64,000 nucleotides of DNA from Candidatus Spongiisociaceae bacterium. GTDB lineage: Bacteria > Actinomycetota > Acidimicrobiia > Spongiisociales > Spongiisociaceae. This document shows positions 10,036 through 19,525 of this stretch, in pieces. A model generated the notes under the pieces. That model made no database searches. It was not told the DNA's origin and saw only the letters and a list, made by a program, of their open reading frames with translations. The DNA is taken from contig OZ253564.1 of the NCBI GenBank assembly GCA_965262915.1, positions 4,096,001 through 4,160,000 of the forward strand. Direction: 5' to 3'. A program made the position numbers and the translations under genes. Each line of letters opens with the position of its first letter. The stretch's first letter is position 1.

Positions 10036-11851
10036 CCTGAATCCACCGACGGCCTCCCCGGGGGGTGGTCCGGGGTGCGGTTGGTGGGAGGTTGAGGGGT
10101 CGGGGTTGGTTGGTTTTGGGGGGGTTCTAGGGGCGTGGTGGGTATGGTTTAGTGGCTAGATGGTGTTGAAAGCTGGTTGGGGTTGTTTCAGGCGTGTATG
10201 GCTGGGGTTTAGGTGGTTGGTTATGGTTGTGGGGGGTGTGTGAGGCCGGGTTAGCAGAGCTGTGGCAGCGTCCGGAGGTTAGTGAGGGTGGTTAGGTAGG
10301 TGCCGGCCCAGGGCCATCGGGCGGGTAGACGCAGCAGGCGGCGTCCGCCGTGGTTGACGACCCGTCCAGGGACCCCGAACAGTCGGGTACGGATGGTACG
10401 TCCACAGACCAGCCGCCCTCTTGGGCGGGTTCCGCCCAAGAGGGCTATATGGCGGTAGAGGTTATGCGCCAGGGCGGCGCAGATCAGCCAGGCCGCGTTA
10501 GCTGCGAAGACGCCGGAAGGTAGGTGGGCGAGTCCCCCTGAGTCTTTGAGGTCGCGGATGGCGAGTTCGCATGTGGCGTGGCGGCGGTGGTACCGGTCGG
10601 CTTCGACCGCGGGCACCTGGCTGTGCGCCTCCCCAGGGTTGTCACCGATCTCTACCGCCGACAGTTCGGCCACTTCGGTGTCTTGTTCGCCTCGGCGGGG
10701 TTGGTGACCGGTGTCGTCTTGTACGGCCCGGGGTTGGTGGTGCCGGTCGGCTTCTGCCGCGGCTAGGTCCAGGTTGGTGACCAAGGTGTGGTACCGCCAG
10801 TCGGGGAACAGCTGGGCTTGGGAACCGACCAAGCGGGTGCGGCGCACCACGAGACGGACCCGGCGCCGCTGCGACCGTTTCTTGGGGTTGGTCATCTCCA
10901 GGACGGTTTCCCCCACTTGTGCTTCGCCGCCCCGGGGATAGACGATGGGAGCCCAGGCGTCTTCGTCGATATGTGTGATCTGTGCCCTGACCTTGGCATT
11001 CACCTGGGTGGTGATCGACCATCCCACCCCGAGTTTGTCGAGGGCGGCCAACATGGCATAGGACCAGAACCCCGAATCGGCCCGCACGCTCACCGGGCCC
11101 CTGGCCCCGGCCCGTCGCACACGCCGGATCGTCTCCCCGACGAAATGGACCACACCCCGCTGCGACCCTCCTGCACGCAGACGGGCACCGACCACCTCCC
11201 CCGTATCGGCTCGGAACGCCAACAGCGGGTGATAACCCAGCACTTTGGTGTAACCGAAAGCCGCGCCTTGTTTGGTCTTGCCCGACACTTCACAGATCGT
11301 CGAGTCCAAATCAACGGTCACAGGTCCCTTACCGGGACCCGCGCCCGCCCGCCACGCCCGGCCCAGCGTCAAGGTCAACACCTTCTCCAACTGGCGTACA
11401 TGACCCCAGGTGAACGAACGCAGGAAGGTTCCCACAGTGGACGGGGCCATCACCGCATGGGGCAACACCCGATCGGTGGAACCCGCCCGGAGCCGACCCA
11501 CATGATCAATATGGGAGGCGCCCACCAGCATCGCAGCTACCAACGTGCACACCTTACGACCCGGGTTCGCGCCACCCACCCGGCCCTCCAGCCGCACCGT
11601 CCGATCCACCACATCTTCCAACCCCAAACGGTCCATCAGCGTCCCGGCCGCCAACAGCCCAGCGTCGGCCACCAACGACTCATCATCGAAAACCACCTCA
11701 TAGCGGTCGATATTCTGCAATACTCCACTCACAGGAAGTGCCTCCTGACTCCGGGCCAATACACTTGTTTCGTATGGCTATTGTCCCAGATCAGAGGCAC
11801 TTTCCGCGTCTATCCACCCCCAACCACAGGATATCTACCGGTGGATTCAGG
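10036..11851 (-). mobile_element. IS1380-family insertion sequence
   Basis: 13-bp TIR CCTGAATCCACCG / CGGTGGATTCAGG; 5-bp TSD CTCAG at 10031-10035 and 11852-11856. Confidence 0.93.
10251..11759 (-). CDS. IS1380 family transposase (DDE_Tnp_1_4)
   Basis: APSTVGTFLRSF, VDLDST, GYHPLL, VRADSGF, ELAIRDLK, LPSG.FAANAAW motifs. Confidence 0.93.
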   Translation of the reverse strand: MARSQEALPVSGVLQNIDRYEVVFDDESLVADAGLLAAGTLMDRLGLEDVVDRTVRLEGRVGGANPGRKVCTLVAAMLVGASHIDHVGRLRAGSTDRVLPHAVMAPSTVGTFLRSFTWGHVRQLEKVLTLTLGRAWRAGAGPGKGPVTVDLDSTICEVSGKTKQGAAFGYTKVLGYHPLLAFRADTGEVVGARLRAGGSQRGVVHFVGETIRRVRRAGARGPVSVRADSGFWSYAMLAALDKLGVGWSITTQVNAKVRAQITHIDEDAWAPIVYPRGGEAQVGETVLEMTNPKKRSQRRRVRLVVRRTRLVGSQAQLFPDWRYHTLVTNLDLAAAEADRHHQPRAVQDDTGHQPRRGEQDTEVAELSAVEIGDNPGEAHSQVPAVEADRYHRRHATCELAIRDLKDSGGLAHLPSGVFAANAAWLICAALAHNLYRHIALLGGTRPRGRLVCGRTIRTRLFGVPGRVVNHGGRRLLRLPARWPWAGTYLTTLTNLRTLPQLC

Positions 11852-12130
11852 CTCAGCTCTCTCGCGGATCTTCTTGGCCGCGATCCGGGCCGCTTCCAGC
11901 AGACGCGAGATGTCGCCCATCGCCGAGTCGATTACCACTGCCAGGTCTCGGTCGTCGAGCGTACCGTTGCCGGAGATCAGGGTGGCATGGCGGGCCTCCA
12001 AGCGCTTCACCTGATCCTTCATACCGGAGACGAACGCTCGCACTTCCAACGGGTCGTAGCCGAAGAACGACCGGCTGAAAGACAATTCATCGAGCCGTTC
12101 GGGCAATACCTGGTCCACCTGGTCCGTCAT

Positions 12131-12181
12131 TGTGGATAACTCTACCCTAAGCGACCTGTGTTGGGGAAGGCGTGTGGATAA
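12131..12181. promoter_or_regulatory. two perfect DnaA boxes (TGTGGATAA) upstream of the divIVA-domain gene
   Basis: TGTGGATAA at 12131-12139 and 12173-12181, the reverse complement of TTATCCACA. Confidence 0.65.
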
Positions 12182-12298
12182 CTCAGTGGTCAGTGGTCAG
12201 TGGCCCGATCGAGCGTCCTGCTCAGGCCCTCGACAACCTTCTGGTCAGAGGCACCGAGAACCTCGAGCCCATCCCCGGTCGCTACGGGCCACTAGCCA

Positions 12299-13375
12299 CT
12301 ACCGACTAGATATGAGTTCGAGAACGTCGACGGCCTCCTCGATGGAAGAGACCGCGTATATCTCGATGTCGTCCCTCTTGACGCTGATCGCATCCTCATA
12401 GTTCGGGTCGGGCACGAGGATGTGTCTGGCCCCGGCGTTCTGGGCGGCCACGACCTTCTGGCGGATACCGCCGATAGCACCCACGGCACCGTCCGGGGAG
12501 ATAGTCCCGGTACCGGCGACCACGTTGCCTCCGATCAGATCATCCTCGGTGAGAAGATCGATGATCGTAAGCGCGTACATCACTCCGGCGGAGGGTCCTC
12601 CCATTCCGTGGGTTTCGATCTCGATATCGAACGGCAATTCCAGCCATCGGTTGTAGGTCTCGGGGACGAAACCCACCATCGGACGCCCCGGGCTCTCGGT
12701 GTGCTCGACGAGCGTCACGTCGATCTGTATCGGCTGGTCAGACCGCAGCACGGTGAAGGGAATGGTATCCCCGATCTCGTAGGCGAGGATGGCGTCGATC
12801 CCGTCCTCGCTGGCCGATACACCTGTCTCGCCGATCTTGACGATCACGTCCCCCACCTCCAGGAGACCATCGGCAGGCGTTCCCCCGACCACCGACGCGA
12901 CCAGAACCCCTTCGCCGGAGTACTCGACCGGCAAACCGAGATAGCGCAGCGCCACGGCAATGGCCGCCTGCTTGGAGTCGTCCATCATCCCGAGGTTGGC
13001 CTTGCGGTGCTCCTCCGGCGTGACCCCCTCTGAGCGAATCACGTGCCGGGGCACTACGTCCACCAGGGGATCCAGCCAACCCTGGGCCAACGCGTAGGCA
13101 TTCACCTCCTGTAGCGAGACGGTCAGCATGTACAGATCACCGTTCAACTCGTATATGGGGGGACCACCGTCGAACTTCACCAGGTCTCCAACCTCTTCCA
13201 CGGGGCCCGGCCAGAGCGCGTAGTAAGGAAGCGGCAGGAACCATAACACCGCAGCGAGACCCGCCATGAGGATCAGGGCCGGAACGGCCACCAGCGGCCA
13301 TTTCGGAGGACCGGAACGGCGTGGGCTCTCCGCTGGAGAAGAGAGGTGCGGGGACTCTGTCGAGGAGGTTTCCAT
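12299..13375 (-). CDS. PDZ/Lon-like S16 protease (YlbL family)
   Basis: N-terminal TM, PDZ domain, GGPSAG, VAGTGTI...VGAIGGIRQKV Ser-Lys dyad. Confidence 0.92.
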   Translation of the reverse strand: METSSTESPHLSSPAESPRRSGPPKWPLVAVPALILMAGLAAVLWFLPLPYYALWPGPVEEVGDLVKFDGGPPIYELNGDLYMLTVSLQEVNAYALAQGWLDPLVDVVPRHVIRSEGVTPEEHRKANLGMMDDSKQAAIAVALRYLGLPVEYSGEGVLVASVVGGTPADGLLEVGDVIVKIGETGVSASEDGIDAILAYEIGDTIPFTVLRSDQPIQIDVTLVEHTESPGRPMVGFVPETYNRWLELPFDIEIETHGMGGPSAGVMYALTIIDLLTEDDLIGGNVVAGTGTISPDGAVGAIGGIRQKVVAAQNAGARHILVPDPNYEDAISVKRDDIEIYAVSSIEEAVDVLELISSR

Positions 13376-13545
13376 TAGGGTGATTGTCGCGGGATTCCGG
13401 ACGTATGGGGCCTGCCGGAGGATACCTACCGGTGCTCCGAACATATCCCCACTCCGAACATATCCCTACACAGCCGCCGGTTGGGGGACCTGAAACCGAA
13501 CCAAACCGACCAGGGTCCAAGACCCACGACCACTAGGAGGACGAA

Positions 13546-14133
13546 TTGACCTACGCACCCCCGGTCCTATCAAGCCGAATACTGCCGCTCGAGCGAGTCG
13601 ACAAGCGCATAGCCACCGCGGCTCTCGTCGTGGGATTCTCCCTTCTGACCGCCGCGTGCGCCCAGATCAGCATACCCCTGGGGTTCACTCCCGTTCCGAT
13701 CACCGGACAGACCTTCGCGGTGTTGCTGACCGGAGCGGTTCTGGGATCCCGGGCCGGCGCCGCCAGCCAGTTCCTCTATTTGGCGCTCGGTGCCGTAGGC
13801 CTGCCCTTCTACGCCGGAGGAACGGGAGGCTGGGAGAGGGCCACAGGCGCCACGGCAGGCTACCTGGTGGGGTTCGTCGTCGCTGCGTACGTGGTCGGGT
13901 ATCTGGCGGAGAACCGCCAGGACCGCCGCTTCTCCACCTCGGTCGGCGCCTTCCTCACCGGCAACCTGGTCATCTACGTACTCGGCGTGGCCTGGCTGAT
14001 GTACCACCTATCGTGGGACCTCGCCACCGGAGTGGAGAAAGGCATGGCGCCGTTCATCATCGGCGACACGCTCAAGATCTTGCTGGCCGGAGGTGCCATA
14101 CCAGCCGCCTGGAAACTCGTCGGAGACCGTTAG
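13546..14133 (+). CDS. bioY: biotin transporter BioY
   Basis: TPVPITGQTFAVLL, YLALGAVGLP, GATAGYL.GF, PFIIGD; AGGAGG RBS and TTG start. Confidence 0.92.
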   Translation: MTYAPPVLSSRILPLERVDKRIATAALVVGFSLLTAACAQISIPLGFTPVPITGQTFAVLLTGAVLGSRAGAASQFLYLALGAVGLPFYAGGTGGWERATGATAGYLVGFVVAAYVVGYLAENRQDRRFSTSVGAFLTGNLVIYVLGVAWLMYHLSWDLATGVEKGMAPFIIGDTLKILLAGGAIPAAWKLVGDR

Positions 14134-14188
14134 TTGCCAGCGGTTAGTCGATAGTCGCGATCTGCCGGTGACACCTGACACCTGACAC

Positions 14189-14635
14189 CTACGACCCGCG
14201 TGACCACTCCTCGCCGCCCGGCCAGCATTCCTTCTTCCAGATAGGGGCACGGGCCTTGAGTTCATCGATGAGGTAGCGGGCCGCTGCGAACGCCTCCGCG
14301 CGGTGGGCGCACGCCACCGCCACCGCCACCGAGGCCTCGGCAAGTGCGACCCTGCCGGTCCGGTGCTCGACTACCACCCGGTCGATGGGCCAGCGGGCGG
14401 TTGCTTCATCGACTATCTCGTCGATCTTGGCCTCCACGTGACCCTCGTACGCCTCGTAGTCGAGATGGGTGATCCCCTGCTTGCCGGGAGAGTGGTCCCG
14501 CACCGTGCCGAGGAACAGGGCGATAGCGCCGCTGGACGGACCGGAAACCTCGTCCACCAGCCCACCGGTGTCGATGGGCAACGGGGAGACACGAATCCGG
14601 CGCCGGAGGGGTTCGCTTATCGATCCGTTGCTCAT
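14189..14635 (-). CDS. moaE: molybdopterin synthase catalytic subunit
   Basis: GAIALFLGTVRD, LDYEAY, HRTG, AHRAEAF, IDELKARAPIWKKE. Confidence 0.92.
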   Translation of the reverse strand: MSNGSISEPLRRRIRVSPLPIDTGGLVDEVSGPSSGAIALFLGTVRDHSPGKQGITHLDYEAYEGHVEAKIDEIVDEATARWPIDRVVVEHRTGRVALAEASVAVAVACAHRAEAFAAARYLIDELKARAPIWKKECWPGGEEWSRGS

Positions 14636-14648
14636 AGGATTGCAGTGT

Positions 14649-15884
14649 ATGAACCCCATCGACCTACCGTCATCTCCGCCGGGAAAAGGAGATGGCGAAC
14701 AGCCACCGGCGAACCGGGACGGCTCGCTTCGTCGGGGTAGCTCCATCGGGATAGCGCTCGCCTCCGCCCTGCTGGCCGCCGCAACCACCACCTGCATGCT
14801 CTGGCTGGCCGGGGCCTTCGACCTCAAGGTGATCCGGATCACCGAGATCGTCGAGAGGACGGAGGTCGTCCAGGTGCCGGCGTCGGTGGCGCCGCCCCCG
14901 CACCTAGAGGAGGCACCCTCACCACCGCTCCCCGAACCTCCCCCCGAAACCACGGTCCCGCTCTTCGCCCCCACCAACCTGGTAGCCGTCGTAGCCACCC
15001 GTGCCATCCCCTCAATCGTCACCGTCCAGACCTTCGACGAGGAGTTCGGACGTCTCGCATCCGGGAGCGGGGTGATCATCAGCCCGGACGGATTCATCGT
15101 CACGAACGACCACGTGGTGGAGGACGCGGACACCCTCAAAATCGTGATGTCCGACGGGCTGAGCTATCCGGCCGAGTTGGTGGGCACGGACCCGCTCATG
15201 GACATCGCGGTCCTCAAGGTGGAAGCCCGGCAACTGGTGGCGATCGAGTTCGCCTCCATGGAAGGCGTGCAGACCGGAGAACCCGCCATCGCGGTGGGAA
15301 ACCCGCTCGGTCTCGACGGTGGCCCATCGGTCACCGCCGGAGTCATCTCGGCATTCAACCGGACCCTGGTCACCGACTTCGTCACCGGCCAGAGCCTGTA
15401 CGGGCTCCTGCAGACCGACGCGCCGATCACCCGAGGCTCCAGTGGGGGGGCCCTCCTGGATGTTCACGGCCGGCTGCTCGGAATCACCACCGCCATCGGG
15501 CTCAGCGACGTGGGGGCCGAGGGTCTCGGTTTCGCGGTTCCCGTCAACCTGGTCGAAGGAATCGTCAACGATCTCATGGCCGAGGGCGAGGTTCGCCATG
15601 CCTTCCTGGGTATCAGGGGCAGTTCGGCCTTCACCGAGCGGGAGGACGGCGCCGAGTCCCCGCTCGGAGTGGAGATAATCCTCCTGGACGACTCGGCCAT
15701 CGGGGACGCCGGAGCCGAGGACGGGGACGTGATAGTGGCCTTGGACGGCCGGCCCGTGAGGTCGATGCCGCTACTGGTAGCCCGGCTGAGAAGCTACCGA
15801 GCCGGGGACCCGGTCAAGGTGACAATGGACCGCGCCGGGCGGACCGTCGAGATCGACATGGTGCTCGACCAGTATCCCTCGTGA
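14649..15884 (+). CDS. HtrA/DegP-like trypsin-PDZ serine protease
   Basis: TM anchor, SGSGVII, TNDHVV, DIAV, QTDAPITRGSSGGAL, C-terminal PDZ. Confidence 0.92.
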   Translation: MNPIDLPSSPPGKGDGEQPPANRDGSLRRGSSIGIALASALLAAATTTCMLWLAGAFDLKVIRITEIVERTEVVQVPASVAPPPHLEEAPSPPLPEPPPETTVPLFAPTNLVAVVATRAIPSIVTVQTFDEEFGRLASGSGVIISPDGFIVTNDHVVEDADTLKIVMSDGLSYPAELVGTDPLMDIAVLKVEARQLVAIEFASMEGVQTGEPAIAVGNPLGLDGGPSVTAGVISAFNRTLVTDFVTGQSLYGLLQTDAPITRGSSGGALLDVHGRLLGITTAIGLSDVGAEGLGFAVPVNLVEGIVNDLMAEGEVRHAFLGIRGSSAFTEREDGAESPLGVEIILLDDSAIGDAGAEDGDVIVALDGRPVRSMPLLVARLRSYRAGDPVKVTMDRAGRTVEIDMVLDQYPS

Positions 15885-15937
15885 TGCTCTCCGGCCGGGC
15901 GTCGGATAGGCTGACCCCAACCTGAGGGGACTCCACC

Positions 15938-17020
15938 ATGCCGGACCGCAACCTTCTCGACGAGTTGATGAAGCTCCTGAACCAACCGGGCCCCGTCAAC
16001 TGGGCATTGGCCGGCCAAGTGGCCGGCCATCTGGCCGGATCGGCCCAGCCGATCGACCCGTGGCTGGCGGACGAGTACCGCGAGCTGACCCGGCTCGCCC
16101 AGCACCAGATCCCCAGAACGACCGGCCTCCCATCCGATCCGATGATCGAAGCGGTGCTAGTGGATCGAGCCGGATGGACCGAGCATCACCTCCGGTCCTT
16201 CCACTACCTGGTGGACCCTCTGGCAGCGAAACTGACCGCCGGGCCGGGCACGGGTCCCCTGGATGCCATCCTCAGGCAGTTGGGACCCGCGCTGGTGGGG
16301 ATGCAGATGGGCGCCATGGTGGGCATGATGAGCGAGGGCGTTCTCGGGATGTTCGATGCCGGTCTGCCGGGGTCACGGACGGGACTTACCCTCCTGGTAC
16401 CCAACATCGAGACCTTCTCAGCGGAGCACGGACTCGATCCCCGTCAGGTCAGGTTGTGGGCGGCGCTGCACGAAGTAGCCCATGGGGCGCTGATCGGCCG
16501 CTCCTGGGTGCGACCTCATGTACAGGAGCTGTTCGACGATCTGATCGGCTCGATGGATCTGGAGATGATGGCGGACTGGCAGGAGGATCTGACAGACCCC
16601 GCCAAGCTCGAGGCGAGGCTCGCCCAAGGCGGTGGTTTCGGTGGCCTGTTCGGCGGCTCCGTCGAGGACGATCGCCGAGAAGCCATCCGGACGTTGATGA
16701 CGATGCTGGAAGGATACGGCTCGTATCTCGTGGACCGGGCCGCTGCGGGGCTGTTGCCGGATATCCGGTCGGTCCGGGCCGCAATGTCCTCTCGCCAAAA
16801 GGGCCACCTAACGGGCCTCGGGAGCCTGTTCGAGATAGAGACCGCAGCCGGCGAGTACGGACGGGGTGGCGCCTTCTGCGCCGAGGTGGGGGAACGGTGG
16901 GGCTACCCGGCGGTCCAGCGAGTGTGGGAGCGGGAGGAGAACCTCCCATCGTCCCGGGAGATGGACGACGTGACAGGATGGGCGGCTCGCGTGCTGCTGG
17001 AAGACCCCTTCGGCCAGTGA
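15938..17020 (+). CDS. zinc-dependent metalloprotease, actinobacterial DUF2342-like
   Basis: GPVNW, LLVPNI, LWAALHEVAH, LEGY, LPS..E..D...W. Confidence 0.85.
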   Translation: MPDRNLLDELMKLLNQPGPVNWALAGQVAGHLAGSAQPIDPWLADEYRELTRLAQHQIPRTTGLPSDPMIEAVLVDRAGWTEHHLRSFHYLVDPLAAKLTAGPGTGPLDAILRQLGPALVGMQMGAMVGMMSEGVLGMFDAGLPGSRTGLTLLVPNIETFSAEHGLDPRQVRLWAALHEVAHGALIGRSWVRPHVQELFDDLIGSMDLEMMADWQEDLTDPAKLEARLAQGGGFGGLFGGSVEDDRREAIRTLMTMLEGYGSYLVDRAAAGLLPDIRSVRAAMSSRQKGHLTGLGSLFEIETAAGEYGRGGAFCAEVGERWGYPAVQRVWEREENLPSSREMDDVTGWAARVLLEDPFGQ

Positions 17021-17060
17021 ACGCACCCGCCCGGAAGGGATCGCAGGTGCGACTCGAAGA

Positions 17061-17366
17061 CTAGTGGTCTGTCTGCAGAATGGTGGTGTGGCATACGCCG
17101 GCAGCGGCGTTCCTCGCAAGGCCCACCGACGAAGGCGTACCCGCAGCGGTACGTAGAGGAGGCGGAACGCAGCGAGGGGCGTCGATGGCAAGCAGGGCAC
17201 GCCGAATCATTTTGCAGGGAGACCACCCAACGTCTGTCTGCAGAATGGTGGTGTGGCATGCGCCAGCAGCGGCGTTCCTCGCAAGGCCCGCCGACGAAGG
17301 CGTACCGCCGCGGTTACATCAAGGGCACGCAGGGCGCGGCGAGTTGTTTTGCAGCCTGACCACTAG
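17061..17366. repeat. two tandem copies of MITE-like family A
   Basis: Ends CTAGTGGTC...GACCACTAG; ~80-bp core gtctgtctgcagaatggtggtgtggcat...gacgaaggcgtacc repeated at ~17067 and ~17232. Confidence 0.75.
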
Positions 17367-17490
17367 GAGGGTGCTGAAACACGAAACACGAAACACGAAA
17401 CACGGTGATAGCGGTTGGCCCTCCGTCCGCTGACCTGGCATTCTGGCATCGACCGTCAGACCAACGGGAGGTTTCTCGACACCCTCCTAA
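17363..17490. repeat. MITE-like family B element containing (GAAACAC)x4
   Basis: TAGGAGGGTG...CACCCTCCTA ends; core matches copies at 23618 and 27780. Confidence 0.7.
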
Positions 17491-17518
17491 GTCCTCGGCC
17501 GAAGAGAACGTCCTGGTT

Positions 17519-17740
17519 TCAGGTCTCCGTACTGGTGGTCGTGGTCGCCTGGGCGGTGGCCGTCACCTGACCGGTGGAACCGTCCGCCTTGTCTCCGGTC
17601 CGGCCCTCCTCGACTCCCTTGCGGAACTCGCGGGCCGAACTGCCCAGTGAACGGGCCAACTCGGGAAGCTTCTTGGCTCCGAAGAGCATGATCACAACTA
17701 CGAGAATGATGATTATCTCGCCGCCGCCGATCTTAGGCAT
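17519..17740 (-). CDS. tatA: twin-arginine translocase TatA/TatE subunit
   Basis: GGGEIIIILVVVIMLFGAKKLPELARSLG..REFRKG. Confidence 0.95.
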   Translation of the reverse strand: MPKIGGGEIIIILVVVIMLFGAKKLPELARSLGSSAREFRKGVEEGRTGDKADGSTGQVTATAQATTTTSTET

Positions 17741-17836
17741 CAGTCGTCCTCCCTTCCTCGCAGGTCGGATGATACCACCACTGCCGACGTTCCGACCACA
17801 AGATTCCGCGACCGGCCGTGATGACCGTTTCCCGGG

Positions 17837-19198
17837 TCACACGCCCGACCAGGTCTCCCAGGCGGCGATGGCCTCCTCAATCTCGTCGATGGTGGCACCC
17901 AGCTTCTCGGCCGCCATCTCGATCACCTCGTCCTCGGACGGCGGATCGTCGGAATCGACGAGGGTCTCACGGTAATCCGTGTAAGCCCAGTACAACCCCA
18001 CCTGGGCGTCGGTGGGAAGCAAGGACCAGTCCTTCTCGATCGTGCGGTCTACGGTCTCGTGCTGCGAATAGTCGCCCTTCTCCACCTCCCCGGCCCTGGT
18101 CCAGTCACCGAACGGGGCGCGGATCCATGTACCGAGGGTGGCGATTCCCTCCGGGAAATGGACGAAGTCGATGAGGAGAGCCTGGTATTCCTGGGCCACC
18201 TGGTATTCGAATTCCAGCCGCTCCCCGATCTGGGCCAACTCGGACTTAGTAGCGCCTGCGTCAACCCGAACGGTCAGCCAGGTCCTCACGGCGCCCTGGG
18301 AAGTGGCATCCACGTCGGACAGGACTCGGTAACCGACATCGGGTTGCGGCGGAACCGTCGACGGCTGGGTCGTGTCGGGGGCCTCGGTCGTGGTGGTGGT
18401 CTCGGCCTCGGTCGTGGTGGTCGTGTCGGCCTCGGTCGTGGTGGTCGTGTCGGCCTCGGTCGTGGGGGTTGTGGTGGCCCGAGCTGTCGTGGTGGTCGCA
18501 GCCGTCGTACTGGTGGTGGCCGTCGTGGTAGTACTTCGCTGCGAGAATCCGCCGCCCACGCCGATGATCTCCACGATCCGGTCGATCGCGTCGTTGAAGC
18601 GGTCGTAGGCTACGAGAAACTCCGCGAACGCGGCACGGCGCCGTTCTCCGGTGTCGGGCGAGCGCAAGCCTGCCAGGGCCTCCACGGCCGCATCCGCCAT
18701 CTCGCCGGCCGCAACCCAGGCGGTCTGGTGTTCCACCGGCAGCCCCCGCTGCGGCGGAGGCTCGATGAATCCCCAGTCATCGCGCAGATTCCGCGCCCTG
18801 TTCGCCACATCCTCCAACGCCACTTCGGTGTCCCCGTAGGTGGGTGAATTCGCAATCTCCCGCCGGTTGTCCCAGTCGTTGTTGGCCTTCCTCATGTCCA
18901 CCACCAACTCACCCATCCGGACAGTCAGATCCCGCACTTCCTCGAAATACGCGAGAACCGCTGCACTCGGAAACGGCTCCGTCGTCGAAGTGGTCGTGGA
19001 CGGTTCGGAGGTCGTCGGCACGGCTCCCGAGGTGCTGGTCGTGGTAACCGTGGCCGGGCTGGTCGTTGCAGTCGATGTGGTCTCCTCGGGCACCTCCTCG
19101 GCATCGCCCGAGCACGACGCAACCGGTACAGCCACCATCAGGACAACGAGCACGACCGCCCAGCGGCGGGCGGCGGAAGGAAGGAGCTTCATAATCAT
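17837..19198 (-). CDS. secreted lipoprotein with Thr-rich linkers, unknown function
   Basis: Lipobox VASC; two globular regions separated by poly-Thr tracts. Confidence 0.7.
   Translation of the reverse strand: MIMKLLPSAARRWAVVLVVLMVAVPVASCSGDAEEVPEETTSTATTSPATVTTTSTSGAVPTTSEPSTTTSTTEPFPSAAVLAYFEEVRDLTVRMGELVVDMRKANNDWDNRREIANSPTYGDTEVALEDVANRARNLRDDWGFIEPPPQRGLPVEHQTAWVAAGEMADAAVEALAGLRSPDTGERRRAAFAEFLVAYDRFNDAIDRIVEIIGVGGGFSQRSTTTTATTSTTAATTTTARATTTPTTEADTTTTTEADTTTTTEAETTTTTEAPDTTQPSTVPPQPDVGYRVLSDVDATSQGAVRTWLTVRVDAGATKSELAQIGERLEFEYQVAQEYQALLIDFVHFPEGIATLGTWIRAPFGDWTRAGEVEKGDYSQHETVDRTIEKDWSLLPTDAQVGLYWAYTDYRETLVDSDDPPSEDEVIEMAAEKLGATIDEIEEAIAAWETWSGV
18381..18465. repeat. 24-bp coding tandem repeat (TTTTTEAD/E), about 3.5 units
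   Basis: gcctcggtcgtggtggtSgtStcg units. Confidence 0.8.
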
Positions 19199-19243
19199 CA
19201 GGACCTCACTGTACCCACCTTGGACGAGGAAGGCACACGAGGA

Positions 19244-19525
19244 TCAGGAAACCGCTCGTTCGAGCGCTTCCATGGCTCGCTGCTTTCGAATCTTTCTCCG
19301 CTCCCGCTCGGACAAGCCGCCCCAGATTCCGAACTTCTCACTCCGTGTCACGGCAAATTCGAGGCAATCGATCCTTACCTGGCAAGCTGCGCAGATCTGT
19401 TTGGCGACCCTGGTGGACGCCCCCCGGTCAGGAAAGAAGAGGTCCTCGTTGGCACCTAGGCAATTTGCATAGTCCTTCCACCCGAGGGGTTCGATCGCCA
19501 GAGCCTCTATCAGGTCGCGGTGCAA
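19244..19525 (-). CDS. whiB: WhiB family transcriptional regulator (start uncertain)
   Basis: ANC...DLFFP...AKQICAACQVRIDCL...GIWGGLSERERR. Confidence 0.93.
   Translation of the reverse strand: MHRDLIEALAIEPLGWKDYANCLGANEDLFFPDRGASTRVAKQICAACQVRIDCLEFAVTRSEKFGIWGGLSERERRKIRKQRAMEALERAVS

Larger units (their letters stand above)
8423..12130 (-). pseudogene. DivIVA-domain coiled-coil protein split by IS1380 (N-part 11852-12130, C-part 8423-10030)
   Basis: N-terminus FSRSFFGYDPLEVRAF is the DivIVA motif; removing the IS and one CTCAG restores an in-frame ...KIRERAE-HDASDGLTVATDRAR... (~628 aa). Confidence 0.85.

Noticed and set aside
12131-12181. Possible oriC
   Set aside because: Only two boxes, no AT-rich unwinding element, and no dnaA/dnaN nearby
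17061-17490. Possible CRISPR array
   Set aside because: Only two long diverged units with TIR-like ends; no repeat-spacer periodicity
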